From Candidatus Omnitrophota bacterium (GTDB lineage Bacteria; Omnitrophota; Gorgyraeia; Zapsychrales; Aceulaceae): 64,000 nt of DNA. Shown piece by piece: positions 10,105 to 19,628 of the stretch (position 1 is the stretch's first letter; each line of letters starts with the position of its first letter). The stretch covers positions 18,977 to 82,976 of the forward strand of contig JAKQPK010000050.1 in assembly GCA_029564765.1 (NCBI GenBank), given 5' to 3'. The notes below the pieces were generated by a model. That model was not told where the DNA came from and ran no database searches. It saw only the letters and a list, made by a program, of their open reading frames with translations. The position numbers were made by a program, and so were the translations under genes.

Positions 10105-11460
10105 CTACCTTTCCATGCCCGCCATGATATCTTTTATTATCTGGTTGATATTACCGGCACCCAAGGTGATGACCAAGTCCCCCGGCTGCGCAACAGCGCG
10201 AACATGGTCGGCGATCTGGTCATAATGAAGATAGACGACAGGGCGTCCTTCACGGTCCTTTAACTGTTGGTACAAGACAGGGGCGCCAACACCGACAATA
10301 GGCTCCTCGCTGGCCGCATAAACATCGGTCAAAACAAGGTAGTCGCAATTCTGCAAACTTGCAATGAATTCTTTTTGAAGGAATTTTAGCCTTGAAAAAC
10401 GATGCGGTTGAAAGATCGCGATCACGCGCTTGCGGCGCAGCAATCGTGCCGCGGCCAATGTTGCCTGGACCTCAGTCGGATGATGCGCATAATCATCGAT
10501 AAATAAAATATCATTGATCTCGCCTCGACGCGTAAAACGTCGTTGAACGCCAGAAAAATCCTTTAAACTTTTTTGAACGAGCGCAAAGTCAAGATTGATC
10601 AACCGAGACAGAGCGACAGCCGCTAACGCGTTGGCAATATTATGCCTGCCTAGAACACGCAATTCTATAGCTCCCAGACATACGCCTCGCTCATAACATA
10701 GAAAGCGCGCGTCCCCTTGATCAAAACAGATATCCTCTGCCATCAGATCATTACCCGCGGAAAGTCCATAAGTTATGTTTGGGATCTTTTTCTGCTGAAT
10801 CAATTTTCTTAGATTGACATCATCTCCGCAAACGATCAAGGATCCCTGAGGATGGGTCTGGCCTAAAAATTGAGCGTAGGCTCCCATCATGTTGTCCCAG
10901 GTCTTGTAATATTCCATATGCTCAAAATCGATGTTCGTCACAATAGAATAAAAAGGATGAAAATGCAGGAATGATCCATCGCTTTCATCCACTTCCGCCA
11001 CACAATACTCTCCTTGCCCAAGGTCAGCGCTCATGTCCCCATTGTTCATGATGCCTCCAACGGCAAGCGTAGGCCGCAAACCAGCATCACGTAACACACA
11101 GCTGACCATCGATGTGGTAGTTGTTTTGCCATGAGCTCCGGCAACCGCGATCAATCTTTTTTCGGCCATAACCTCTGCTAAAAGTTTCGCTCGATGCACA
11201 ATACTAATACCCTTCGCTCTTGCTTGCTGCAACTCAGGGTTGTCAGTATTGATCGCTGAAGAGAAAACAATACAATCCGGGCGTTGAACATTTTCTTTTT
11301 TATGCCCTATCGTGATCTCTGCTCCTTTTGCGCGCAGCCGCGATGTCAAAAGATTATCCTTAAGATCAGAGCCGCTGATCTTGTGTCCTTTTTCCTGCAA
11401 CAAGCTTGCCAGCGTTCCCATGCCAATACCGCCAATGCCGATAAAATGGTAGTGCTTCAT
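10105..11460 (-). CDS. murC: UDP-N-acetylmuramate--L-alanine ligase
   Basis: HFIGIGGIGM, GAHGKTTT, DDYAHHPTE; start refined to MKHYH (ATGA overlap with upstream gene). Confidence 0.96.
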   Translation of the reverse strand: MKHYHFIGIGGIGMGTLASLLQEKGHKISGSDLKDNLLTSRLRAKGAEITIGHKKENVQRPDCIVFSSAINTDNPELQQARAKGISIVHRAKLLAEVMAEKRLIAVAGAHGKTTTTSMVSCVLRDAGLRPTLAVGGIMNNGDMSADLGQGEYCVAEVDESDGSFLHFHPFYSIVTNIDFEHMEYYKTWDNMMGAYAQFLGQTHPQGSLIVCGDDVNLRKLIQQKKIPNITYGLSAGNDLMAEDICFDQGDARFLCYERGVCLGAIELRVLGRHNIANALAAVALSRLINLDFALVQKSLKDFSGVQRRFTRRGEINDILFIDDYAHHPTEVQATLAAARLLRRKRVIAIFQPHRFSRLKFLQKEFIASLQNCDYLVLTDVYAASEEPIVGVGAPVLYQQLKDREGRPVVYLHYDQIADHVRAVAQPGDLVITLGAGNINQIIKDIMAGMER

Positions 11461-12239
11461 TTCTTCAAATACCCCATCCACGCCTTATTGAGATCATCGA
11501 TCGTCTGAAAACGATAATACGCTTTTTCCAAAGCATCTTCGAACCTAAGACCCTTCTTTAAGTTCTGACAAAAATTCAAGAATTTAAATGCCCCATGCTC
11601 TGTGATCAAATACCGAATGACGCTGGCAGATTCCGCGTAAAATAAATTCACGACCTCCCGATCGGTCGCGGATGTAAGCCTTGTCCGGCCAAGCTCTGAG
11701 AGAGGAATAAAACGATTTTCTGCGATCGCTTTTCTTACTTCATCATCGGCTCCCCAGCGCTTCGCTTTTTCTTGATACATCGCCACCCCCTCATCCACCC
11801 ATAGAGGAAGATCAGAGGAAACCCCAACATATTCCCTGAAAATGATATGCCCAAGTTCGTGCGGCAACAAGGAGTCAAAAAATCCGTGCGCCGCTGGATA
11901 CGTCTGGATCGCTCGCGACCCTATTCTCGTCGAAGCGCTCGACCAACCCGCCTGACGGGAAGAAACAAGATAATCATCTTCGTTGTCATAGATGTAAATT
12001 TGGGCTCGATCATCCCATGTCCATAGCTGATCCCTGCTAAAACCAAGATCCTTAACAATGCTGTAATAATATCCCTCCGCTGATTCTTCGACAGCCTTTA
12101 TGAATTCCTTAGGTGCGTTCTTGTAATAAATAATAAAATGCCGGCTACGATTTTCTTTCCAGTTTTGAGCAGCCATAGCATAGCTGGAAAAAAAGATCAT
12201 AAATAAAATATTTATTATAACGATCTTCTTTATTATCAT
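11457..12239 (-). CDS. Secreted gluzincin (peptidase MA-like) zinc metallopeptidase
   Basis: Signal peptide ending YAMA; HELGH followed by PLWVDEGVAMY. Confidence 0.75.
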   Translation of the reverse strand: MIIKKIVIINILFMIFFSSYAMAAQNWKENRSRHFIIYYKNAPKEFIKAVEESAEGYYYSIVKDLGFSRDQLWTWDDRAQIYIYDNEDDYLVSSRQAGWSSASTRIGSRAIQTYPAAHGFFDSLLPHELGHIIFREYVGVSSDLPLWVDEGVAMYQEKAKRWGADDEVRKAIAENRFIPLSELGRTRLTSATDREVVNLFYAESASVIRYLITEHGAFKFLNFCQNLKKGLRFEDALEKAYYRFQTIDDLNKAWMGYLKK

Positions 12240-13306
12240 AACAAAGATACGATCTCTTCAGCGATGCGCAAAGCGGGCTTTACAGCATTCGGACCAGAGC
12301 CCTGTGCTGGCACATTTTTTGATGGATACAATTTTAACCGCCTTATAGTTTCATCAGCCAGGCTTTGGGCTGTGCACATCTCATCCGTTATCATCGTCGC
12401 CAAGCCTTGCTCACAGACAATCTCAGCGTTTTCTTTTTGGTGAACACGCACTAAAGGATACGGGATCAGTATAGCTGACTTCTGAAAGCTTAGGATCTCA
12501 CAGACCGTTGCTGCCCCTGAGCGCGCCACGACAAGGTCCGCGATCGCATAAGCGGATTGAACATCATCCAGAAAATCAAAAAGCTGATACGGAATCTTTA
12601 GCGATCGATATCGAAATTGAAGGTCCTGATGATCCGCGCTGCCGCAAACATGAATGAATTGGAACATAATCTTTTCGTTCAGCAGCTCAACCGCCTGAGA
12701 GAACGCCACATTGATCCTACGACTTCCCTGGCTTCCCCCAAGGACAAAGATCGTTTGCCGTTGAGGTGAAAGCTGAAATTGTTGATAGATCTCCTCTTTT
12801 GATTTTGCTGATGGGGTGTCCCGGCAGGGACATCCGGTCAAAACGGTCTTTGATGAACGAAAGTGATCTTCGCTCTTCTTAAAGCTGATCGCTATCTTAT
12901 TTACAAAATTCTTTAAGACCCGATTTGACCATGACGGGACCACGTTCTGATCGTGGATCAAGGTCGGCTTTCGCTTTATGATCGCGGCTACCACGACTGG
13001 AAACGCGCCATATCCCCCAAAACCAACAACAACGTCTGGGCCAATATCCTGAATCAATACGCACGCCTGATAAATAGCGTACACCATTTGAAATCCCTCT
13101 TTTATCGCACTAAAAGCAGAGACGAGCTTCATGCGCACCGAGGCTATCACCCAAGCCTGAAAATGATGCCTACGCACAAGATCGAACGCAAGGCCCTGGG
13201 TCGTTAAAAAAACAACTTCGTGTCCCTGGTCGACAAGCACCTTGGCCGTTTCTAGGGCCGGAAAAACATGCCCCCCGCTGCCTCCTGCGCCGATCATGAT
13301 TCTCAT
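12236..13306 (-). CDS. murG: Lipid II GlcNAc transferase MurG
   Basis: GGSGGHVFPA, GFGGY, GGSQGS, RSGAAT, HQKENA. Confidence 0.96.
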   Translation of the reverse strand: MRIMIGAGGSGGHVFPALETAKVLVDQGHEVVFLTTQGLAFDLVRRHHFQAWVIASVRMKLVSAFSAIKEGFQMVYAIYQACVLIQDIGPDVVVGFGGYGAFPVVVAAIIKRKPTLIHDQNVVPSWSNRVLKNFVNKIAISFKKSEDHFRSSKTVLTGCPCRDTPSAKSKEEIYQQFQLSPQRQTIFVLGGSQGSRRINVAFSQAVELLNEKIMFQFIHVCGSADHQDLQFRYRSLKIPYQLFDFLDDVQSAYAIADLVVARSGAATVCEILSFQKSAILIPYPLVRVHQKENAEIVCEQGLATMITDEMCTAQSLADETIRRLKLYPSKNVPAQGSGPNAVKPALRIAEEIVSLL

Positions 13307-13312
13307 ATTTAC

Positions 13313-14398
13313 CTACGCTAGATCCTGTACACGAGAAATGTTCAACAAAAGACCGATGCAGATCATCTGAACGACCAGCGCTGATCCTCCATAGCTGACG
13401 AATGGCAACGGCAATCCTTTTGTTGGAAAAGCCCCAATACTAACACCGATATTGATAACGGCCTGAAGCGCTATGACCGCCACGATCCCTAGGGCTAAAA
13501 AATATCCAAAAGGGTCTTCGCAGCGTTTGGCAATACGCGCCCCCTGCCAGATCAACAGCGTAAAAAGAACAATGACCGAAACTGTCCCAAAGAGGCCTAA
13601 TTCCTCACCGATGATCGATAAAATAAAATCCGTATGCGCGGCTGGAAGATAATATAGCTTTTGAACACTTTTTCCTAAGCCAACGCCTAAAAGCCCTCCA
13701 GAGCCTAAGGCGATCTGAGACTGGACCAGCTGAAATCCGGCCCCTTGCTGATCTTTCCAAGGGTCTAAAAATGCCTGGATACGTCTTAAACGATACGGTG
13801 TTTTCGCGATCAGATAGACTAGCGCTGGCAAACTTAAGAAGCCGACAAGGCTCATGTGCCATAGTTTTGCACCAGCAACGAACATCATGATAAAAATAAC
13901 AGCTGCGATCAAAGCCGTTGTTCCAAGGTCAGGCTGCTTAAGGATCAGAAGACAGACAGCCCCCAGCGCCATCATGATCGGCATGAAACCCAAAAAGAAA
14001 TTTTGTATCTTTTCTCGTTTCCTAGACAAAAAATCCGCTGTATAAATGATCATCGCGATCTTTGTCAGTTCAGATGGCTGAAAGCTAAATCCAAAGAACT
14101 GAAACCAACGTTTTGCCCCATAAACTTCACGGCCTGCCACAAGAACAAGCAAGAGAGATGCCAGCGAACACAAAAAGATCGGTTTCGCATATTTTGCTAG
14201 CAAGCGATAATCGACGAGCATCGCCATGATCATCGCGCAAAGTCCTGCCATTAAATAAAATAAATGCCGCCTGAGAAAATACGTACTTGATCCCAGCTCG
14301 CGCAGCGCAAAAACACTGCTGGCGCTGAAGACCATGACAACACCCAAGGCCACCAAGACCATCGTAATGACAGCGATTGAAATTCTGATCTCGCGCAT
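13313..14398 (-). CDS. ftsW: SEDS peptidoglycan polymerase FtsW
   Basis: GAKRW, QPSE, QPDLGT, HTDFI, PTKGLPLPFVSYGGS. Confidence 0.95.
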   Translation of the reverse strand: MREIRISIAVITMVLVALGVVMVFSASSVFALRELGSSTYFLRRHLFYLMAGLCAMIMAMLVDYRLLAKYAKPIFLCSLASLLLVLVAGREVYGAKRWFQFFGFSFQPSELTKIAMIIYTADFLSRKREKIQNFFLGFMPIMMALGAVCLLILKQPDLGTTALIAAVIFIMMFVAGAKLWHMSLVGFLSLPALVYLIAKTPYRLRRIQAFLDPWKDQQGAGFQLVQSQIALGSGGLLGVGLGKSVQKLYYLPAAHTDFILSIIGEELGLFGTVSVIVLFTLLIWQGARIAKRCEDPFGYFLALGIVAVIALQAVINIGVSIGAFPTKGLPLPFVSYGGSALVVQMICIGLLLNISRVQDLA

Positions 14399-14401
14399 AA
14401 A

Positions 14402-15667
14402 TTATAACTGGTGGACGATCCTCTTAAATTCTCTTCCCCGATGTTCAAAATTATCGAACATATCAAAACTTACACACATAGGGCTTAAGACAACGCAATC
14501 ACCTGCTTGCGCAGCTGCGCGCGCCTTACAAACGGCATCCTCAAGATCTGCCCCCTCTTCCAGCGGCAGAATATCAGAAAAAGCATGCTTTAAATCTTCT
14601 TTATCTTGACCAAAGACGATCATTTTCTTGATCTTTTCACGCGCGATCTCTCTCAAAGATGAAAAATCAAGGTGCTTGTTTCTGCCCCCACAAATAAAGA
14701 TCAAAGGCTTTTGAATAAGCATCATCGCCAACCGTCCGGATTCGACCGTTGTTGATTTTGAATCGTTAACATAATCCACGCCATCCAGAGTACGAACAAA
14801 CTCCTGGCGATGTTCAACACCTTTAAAGGTTGCCAAAAATCTTTTAGCCACATCCACTGGAACCCCCAGGACGGAGCAAGCGGCAATAGCAGCAAGAAAA
14901 TTCGGGTTTACAACGCTGGGATCACAAACTCCTGGCTCGTTATAATACAGAATGTGGGATGAAAGTTTGGCCGCCAGATCTCGATGCAAAGGTTCATAAA
15001 AATTCAAAACTGCAAAATCATTCCTTGTTTGGTTCATAAAGATGCGCGCTTTTGCTGTGAAATATTCATTTAGGTCCTGATGACGATCAAGATGATTCTG
15101 GCTAAAATTCAGAAAAACTGCCACCTTAGGCTTAAATGTCTCAATGGTTTCCAGCTGGAACGAACTTACCTCAAGAGCTACGATATCATTCTTCTTAAGG
15201 TCTAGGACATATTGAGAAAAGGGCGTTCCGATATTTCCACAAAGAAAGGCATTGCGCCCTGACGCCTTTAAGATCTCCGCGATCACCGTTGTTGTTGTTG
15301 TCTTTCCGTTAGTGCCTGTGACCGCGACGACATCACACGGACAATACTGCCAAGCAAATTCAATCTCACCCAGGACGGGAATGTTTCTTTCCCTTGCCCA
15401 GAATGCTGGCAAAGCATTGACCGCAACGCCTGGGCTCAAGACCACAACATCGCTTTCCTGGATAAACTCCTTTGTATGCTGTCCGCTTTCGATCAGGGAT
15501 AGATCGTCTAGATTTGCCCTTAAAAGAGCTTCACGGATCTTCTCTCGTGGCGCGGCATCAGAGATCTTGACCTTAGCGCCAAGCTTTAGGGCAAGATGAG
15601 CCGAAGCGATACCGCTGCGGCCCAAACCAACGATCGTGACGATCTTATCTTTTATATCAATGGCCAT
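14402..15667 (-). CDS. murD: UDP-MurNAc-L-Ala--D-Glu ligase
   Basis: GLGRSG, GTNGKTTT, EVSSFQLE, NDSKST. Confidence 0.96.
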   Translation of the reverse strand: MAIDIKDKIVTIVGLGRSGIASAHLALKLGAKVKISDAAPREKIREALLRANLDDLSLIESGQHTKEFIQESDVVVLSPGVAVNALPAFWARERNIPVLGEIEFAWQYCPCDVVAVTGTNGKTTTTTVIAEILKASGRNAFLCGNIGTPFSQYVLDLKKNDIVALEVSSFQLETIETFKPKVAVFLNFSQNHLDRHQDLNEYFTAKARIFMNQTRNDFAVLNFYEPLHRDLAAKLSSHILYYNEPGVCDPSVVNPNFLAAIAACSVLGVPVDVAKRFLATFKGVEHRQEFVRTLDGVDYVNDSKSTTVESGRLAMMLIQKPLIFICGGRNKHLDFSSLREIAREKIKKMIVFGQDKEDLKHAFSDILPLEEGADLEDAVCKARAAAQAGDCVVLSPMCVSFDMFDNFEHRGREFKRIVHQL

Positions 15668-16753
15668 TTATCTTATCTTGATAGTTGTCAGGGTAAGCAA
15701 CGCGAGAATGATCGCGATGATCCAGAAACGAACAATGATCTTAGACTCATTCCACCCTAAAAGTTGTAAATGATGATGAAAAGGAGACATTTTAAAGATA
15801 CGCTTACCCCGCGTCTTCACGGAAAGGACCTGCAAAATAACGGATAGTGCCTCCCAGACAAAAATGCCACCTAGCAGGATCAATAGGATTTCTTTCTTGA
15901 TAAAAACCGCTATCGCTCCTAACGTCCCACCGAGTGCCAAAGAGCCGACATCCCCCATAAAAATCGAGGCAGGATAACAATTGAACCATAAAAAACCAAG
16001 GCTCGCGCCAAGGATCGCGGCACAGACAACCGTCAACTCACCTGTTCCCGGGATAAATGGAAGGAACAAATATTCCGCGAACTTAAAATTACCCGAGATA
16101 TAGCTCAACGCCCCTAAACCAAGAGCGACAAATAAAACGCAGCCGATCGCTAACCCATCAAGCCCGTCCGTCAAATTGACAGCGTTAGAGCAGCTCATCA
16201 CGATCAAGGCTGCCCAGAGAATGAAAAAGATATCAAGATAAAGGATAGTAGATTTTAAGAAAGGGATATCCAAGCGCGTTGTTGTATCCGGAGCGAGAAA
16301 GACGAAAAATCCTACCACGCACCCTAAGACGAATTGCCAAAAAAGTTTTGTCCCTCCGGAAAGACCGCGATGACCTTTTTGGCAGATCTTCAAATAATCA
16401 TCAATGAAGCCCAGCACCGCAAGGGTTGACATTGTCAAGATCGACAAGAGAACATATAGATTAGACAGATCTGCCCACAAAAAAAGCGCGGATAAAATGC
16501 TGAGGACAATAAAAATGCCCCCCATTGTCGGCGTGCTCTGTTTGTATTTCTGGACCTCTGAAAGGGCCTGACAGTAGTCCCTATCAACACCTTCTTTAAC
16601 TTCATCTTTCTGGAATTTCCGGATGAAGATAGGCGCTAAGATCAAGCAAAGAAAAAAAGATGTAAAAGCCGCGGCGCCCGAACGAAAAGTGATGTAGCGA
16701 AAGATATTAAGAAAAGAAAAGGAATCTCGAAATCCGGATAAGAAATACAGCAT
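15668..16753 (-). CDS. mraY: Phospho-MurNAc-pentapeptide transferase
   Basis: TPTMGG, DDYLK, NAVNLTDGLDGLA, FMGDVGS, HHH. Confidence 0.97.
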   Translation of the reverse strand: MLYFLSGFRDSFSFLNIFRYITFRSGAAAFTSFFLCLILAPIFIRKFQKDEVKEGVDRDYCQALSEVQKYKQSTPTMGGIFIVLSILSALFLWADLSNLYVLLSILTMSTLAVLGFIDDYLKICQKGHRGLSGGTKLFWQFVLGCVVGFFVFLAPDTTTRLDIPFLKSTILYLDIFFILWAALIVMSCSNAVNLTDGLDGLAIGCVLFVALGLGALSYISGNFKFAEYLFLPFIPGTGELTVVCAAILGASLGFLWFNCYPASIFMGDVGSLALGGTLGAIAVFIKKEILLILLGGIFVWEALSVILQVLSVKTRGKRIFKMSPFHHHLQLLGWNESKIIVRFWIIAIILALLTLTTIKIR

Positions 16754-16818
16754 AAAATACTCCTATAAAGAATAATTTTATTATATATACTTGGATTAGA
16801 AATGAAAAGGATTTTACG

Positions 16819-18177
16819 TTAAAAATGACATGCCTGTAATTTATTTACAATATGTTCCATGCGCATGCCACGCGAACCTTTGATGAGGATCACATCTGCA
16901 GGCAAAGTATTCTGCATAAGATATTCAACGATCTTTTCCTGTCTTGAATAGTGATGGCTTTCGACCCCATGCTTACACGCTTGTTCTGAAGCTATACGGG
17001 ACCATGTCCCATAGGCCAAAAGTACCTTGACTCCCTTATCAGCGCTTAGTCGACCAACGCGCTGATGCGCTGTACGCGAGGATCGCCCCAGCTCCTTCAT
17101 GTCTCCGAAAACAAAATACTTTTTACCCGAAGATGGGAAAAGCTCTAGCGCATTTAAGGCCGAGGATACCGATGCCGGATTCGCGTTATATGTATCATCG
17201 ATGACCCAGCGTCCGCTGACCTTCAGGATATTCTGGCGCCCTTTTGGAAATCTAAAATTCCATAGCGATCGCTTGATCTGAGCATAAGGAACGCGGAACT
17301 TGCGGCCCAAAGCGATCGCCACTAACGCGTTGTAAACATTCTCTTTTGATAGTGTCTTAAGGGAAAACTTCTCGCTTCCAACCTGGAATGTTATCCGCAT
17401 GCCTTTGGCCGTTATGTTCTTAGCCTGATAATGGCTTTTTTTGTCGATCGAGAACCGAAGCACATCCGTCTTTGGATATCGAATGCCGATCGTCGCCAGC
17501 CAATCATCATCAGAATTGTAAACAATGCATTCCAGGCGTGGCGAGCAACGAAAGATATTAGATTTCTCTTTAAAGACACCTTGGCGATTTTTAAGAAACT
17601 CCAGATGGGAATCACCAATATTGGTAAGGATCGCGATGGTTGGCTGGCCCATGCGAGCCAATCGTTCGATCTCCCCAAAATGATTTGTACCAAATTCAAG
17701 CACAGCTAAGGAATGCTTATTGTTTAGCTGCAACAATGTTTTGGCAACGCCTATTTCGTTGTTCTCTGTTTGGAAATTCTTTAGAAGGTGGAAATGCGAG
17801 GACAAAACCTTCCCTAAAAGCTCTTTTGTTGTTGTTTTTCCAACGCTTCCTGTCAACGCGATGACAGGGATCGAAAAGCGCGCACGATGATATTTGGCTA
17901 GCGCGCAATACGCCTGTAATGTATCTTCGACGATGATGGTAGGGATGCGCGCATGAGGCAGTAATATCTTTTTAGAGACGAGCAAGGCGCTCGCCTTCTT
18001 GCTGATGGCGTTTTTGATGAACTGATGTCCATCAAAATTCTTCCCGCTCAAAGCAACGAACAGATCTCCAGGGCGAATGGTACGTGTATCTGTTGAAACA
18101 CCCCGCACACGTAACGCAGGGTAACTGTTCACAATCTTGCCGTTGGTGCAAAATAGGATCTCCTCTATCGTGAACAT
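16819..18177 (-). CDS. murF: UDP-MurNAc-tripeptide--D-Ala-D-Ala ligase
   Basis: GSVGKTTTKE, DDTYNANP, GDMKELG, KGSRGM. Confidence 0.95.
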   Translation of the reverse strand: MFTIEEILFCTNGKIVNSYPALRVRGVSTDTRTIRPGDLFVALSGKNFDGHQFIKNAISKKASALLVSKKILLPHARIPTIIVEDTLQAYCALAKYHRARFSIPVIALTGSVGKTTTKELLGKVLSSHFHLLKNFQTENNEIGVAKTLLQLNNKHSLAVLEFGTNHFGEIERLARMGQPTIAILTNIGDSHLEFLKNRQGVFKEKSNIFRCSPRLECIVYNSDDDWLATIGIRYPKTDVLRFSIDKKSHYQAKNITAKGMRITFQVGSEKFSLKTLSKENVYNALVAIALGRKFRVPYAQIKRSLWNFRFPKGRQNILKVSGRWVIDDTYNANPASVSSALNALELFPSSGKKYFVFGDMKELGRSSRTAHQRVGRLSADKGVKVLLAYGTWSRIASEQACKHGVESHHYSRQEKIVEYLMQNTLPADVILIKGSRGMRMEHIVNKLQACHF

Positions 18178-19628
18178 AGCAAAAATTCCTTTGCAACATC
18201 TCGGTCATCGAAATGGATCTTCTTGTCTTTTACGATCTGGTAGTTCTCGTGCCCCTTGCCGGCGATGATAACAACATCATCAGCCTGCGCCATGGTCAAT
18301 GCGCGAGTGATAGCGTCCTTGCGGTCAAGAATGATCAGATACCGGTCATGCGCGAACCCCGCGACGATCCGCTCAACGATCTCTTGAGGATTTTCGCTAC
18401 GGGGGTTATCATTAGTAACAATGGAAAAGTCCGCAAGTTCGCTGGCGACCCGGCCCATTTTGACACGTTTGGATTTATCGCGATCGCCACCGCAGCCGAA
18501 CACTAAGATGATCCTTGTTTTCTTTACCGCACGCAGATTCATCAAAACATTACGTAACGCATCGTCCGTATGCGCATAGTCAACAAAAACAGAAAATTTC
18601 TGGCCACAATCTATAGATTCCAAGCGGCCAGGAACATGCTCCATATTCTCAACACCTTGACGGATATCCTCTATTTTCACACCCAGCGCATGACATGCTG
18701 CCGCAGCCGCCAGAATATTATAAACGTTGTACTGACCAACAAGACGCGTTGTGATGCGACACTGATTGCGACCGATCGACATGATAAAATTTGTCTCACG
18801 GAAACCGAGCTGAATATGTTCGGCCATAACATCCGCTCCGCGATGAAGACCATAAGAAAGCATCTTGCTAGGAACCATGCTGGTCAAGCGCTGGCCAAAT
18901 GGGTCATCAATATTGATAACGGCTGTCGCGGATTCCTTGAGGGACAAGAAAAGCTTGGCTTTTGCCATAAAATAGCTTTCCATGTCTTTATGGTAATCCA
19001 AATGGTCCTGAGTAAGGTTCGTAAAGATGCCGACTTGAAAATCAATGCCGTCCACCCTGCCCTGCTCAAGCGCGTGCGAAGAAACTTCCATCGCGCAGCA
19101 TGTGCACCCAGTTTTTTTCATCTGGGACAAATACGCGCAAAGATCCAGCAAGTGAGGTGTTGTGTTGTCAAGCGGGATCATTTTATGGTCAAACCGGCAA
19201 TTGATCGTTCCGATCACGCCGCATTTTTCTCCAGCGCACGACAAGATGGAATCGATCAAGTAAGTGGTGGTTGTTTTTCCGTTGGTCCCTGTAATGCCTA
19301 TGCAGTGAACGTGAGATGACGGATGTTGATAAAAACGATGCGCGATCTCTTTTAGAAAAGCTCTTGTATCGTCGACTTCTAAAAGACAAACATGATCGGC
19401 AACAGAAGGGGTGCGATGCCGATGGTCTCTAACGATACACACAGCCCCTCGCTCGATCGCCTGCGACAGGTAATCAACGCCATCGCTTTTAGCACCTTTA
19501 AGCGCGATAAAAAGACTGGATGGCCCAACGATCCTTGAATCGTGCGCAATAGCACGGATCTCATATGATTGGTGCTGGGCAGAAATGGGTTTGGGATAAA
19601 TATCAGCGACTAGATTCTTCAGCAGCAT
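18165..19628 (-). CDS. murE: UDP-MurNAc-dipeptide--meso-DAP ligase
   Basis: GTNGKTTT, MEVSSH, DYAHT, DNPR (DAP-type), GKGHE. Confidence 0.96.
   Translation of the reverse strand: MLLKNLVADIYPKPISAQHQSYEIRAIAHDSRIVGPSSLFIALKGAKSDGVDYLSQAIERGAVCIVRDHRHRTPSVADHVCLLEVDDTRAFLKEIAHRFYQHPSSHVHCIGITGTNGKTTTTYLIDSILSCAGEKCGVIGTINCRFDHKMIPLDNTTPHLLDLCAYLSQMKKTGCTCCAMEVSSHALEQGRVDGIDFQVGIFTNLTQDHLDYHKDMESYFMAKAKLFLSLKESATAVINIDDPFGQRLTSMVPSKMLSYGLHRGADVMAEHIQLGFRETNFIMSIGRNQCRITTRLVGQYNVYNILAAAAACHALGVKIEDIRQGVENMEHVPGRLESIDCGQKFSVFVDYAHTDDALRNVLMNLRAVKKTRIILVFGCGGDRDKSKRVKMGRVASELADFSIVTNDNPRSENPQEIVERIVAGFAHDRYLIILDRKDAITRALTMAQADDVVIIAGKGHENYQIVKDKKIHFDDRDVAKEFLLCSR

Noticed and set aside
18570-19319. 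249-aa plus-strand ORF
   Set aside because: Antisense shadow of murE with no recognisable motifs
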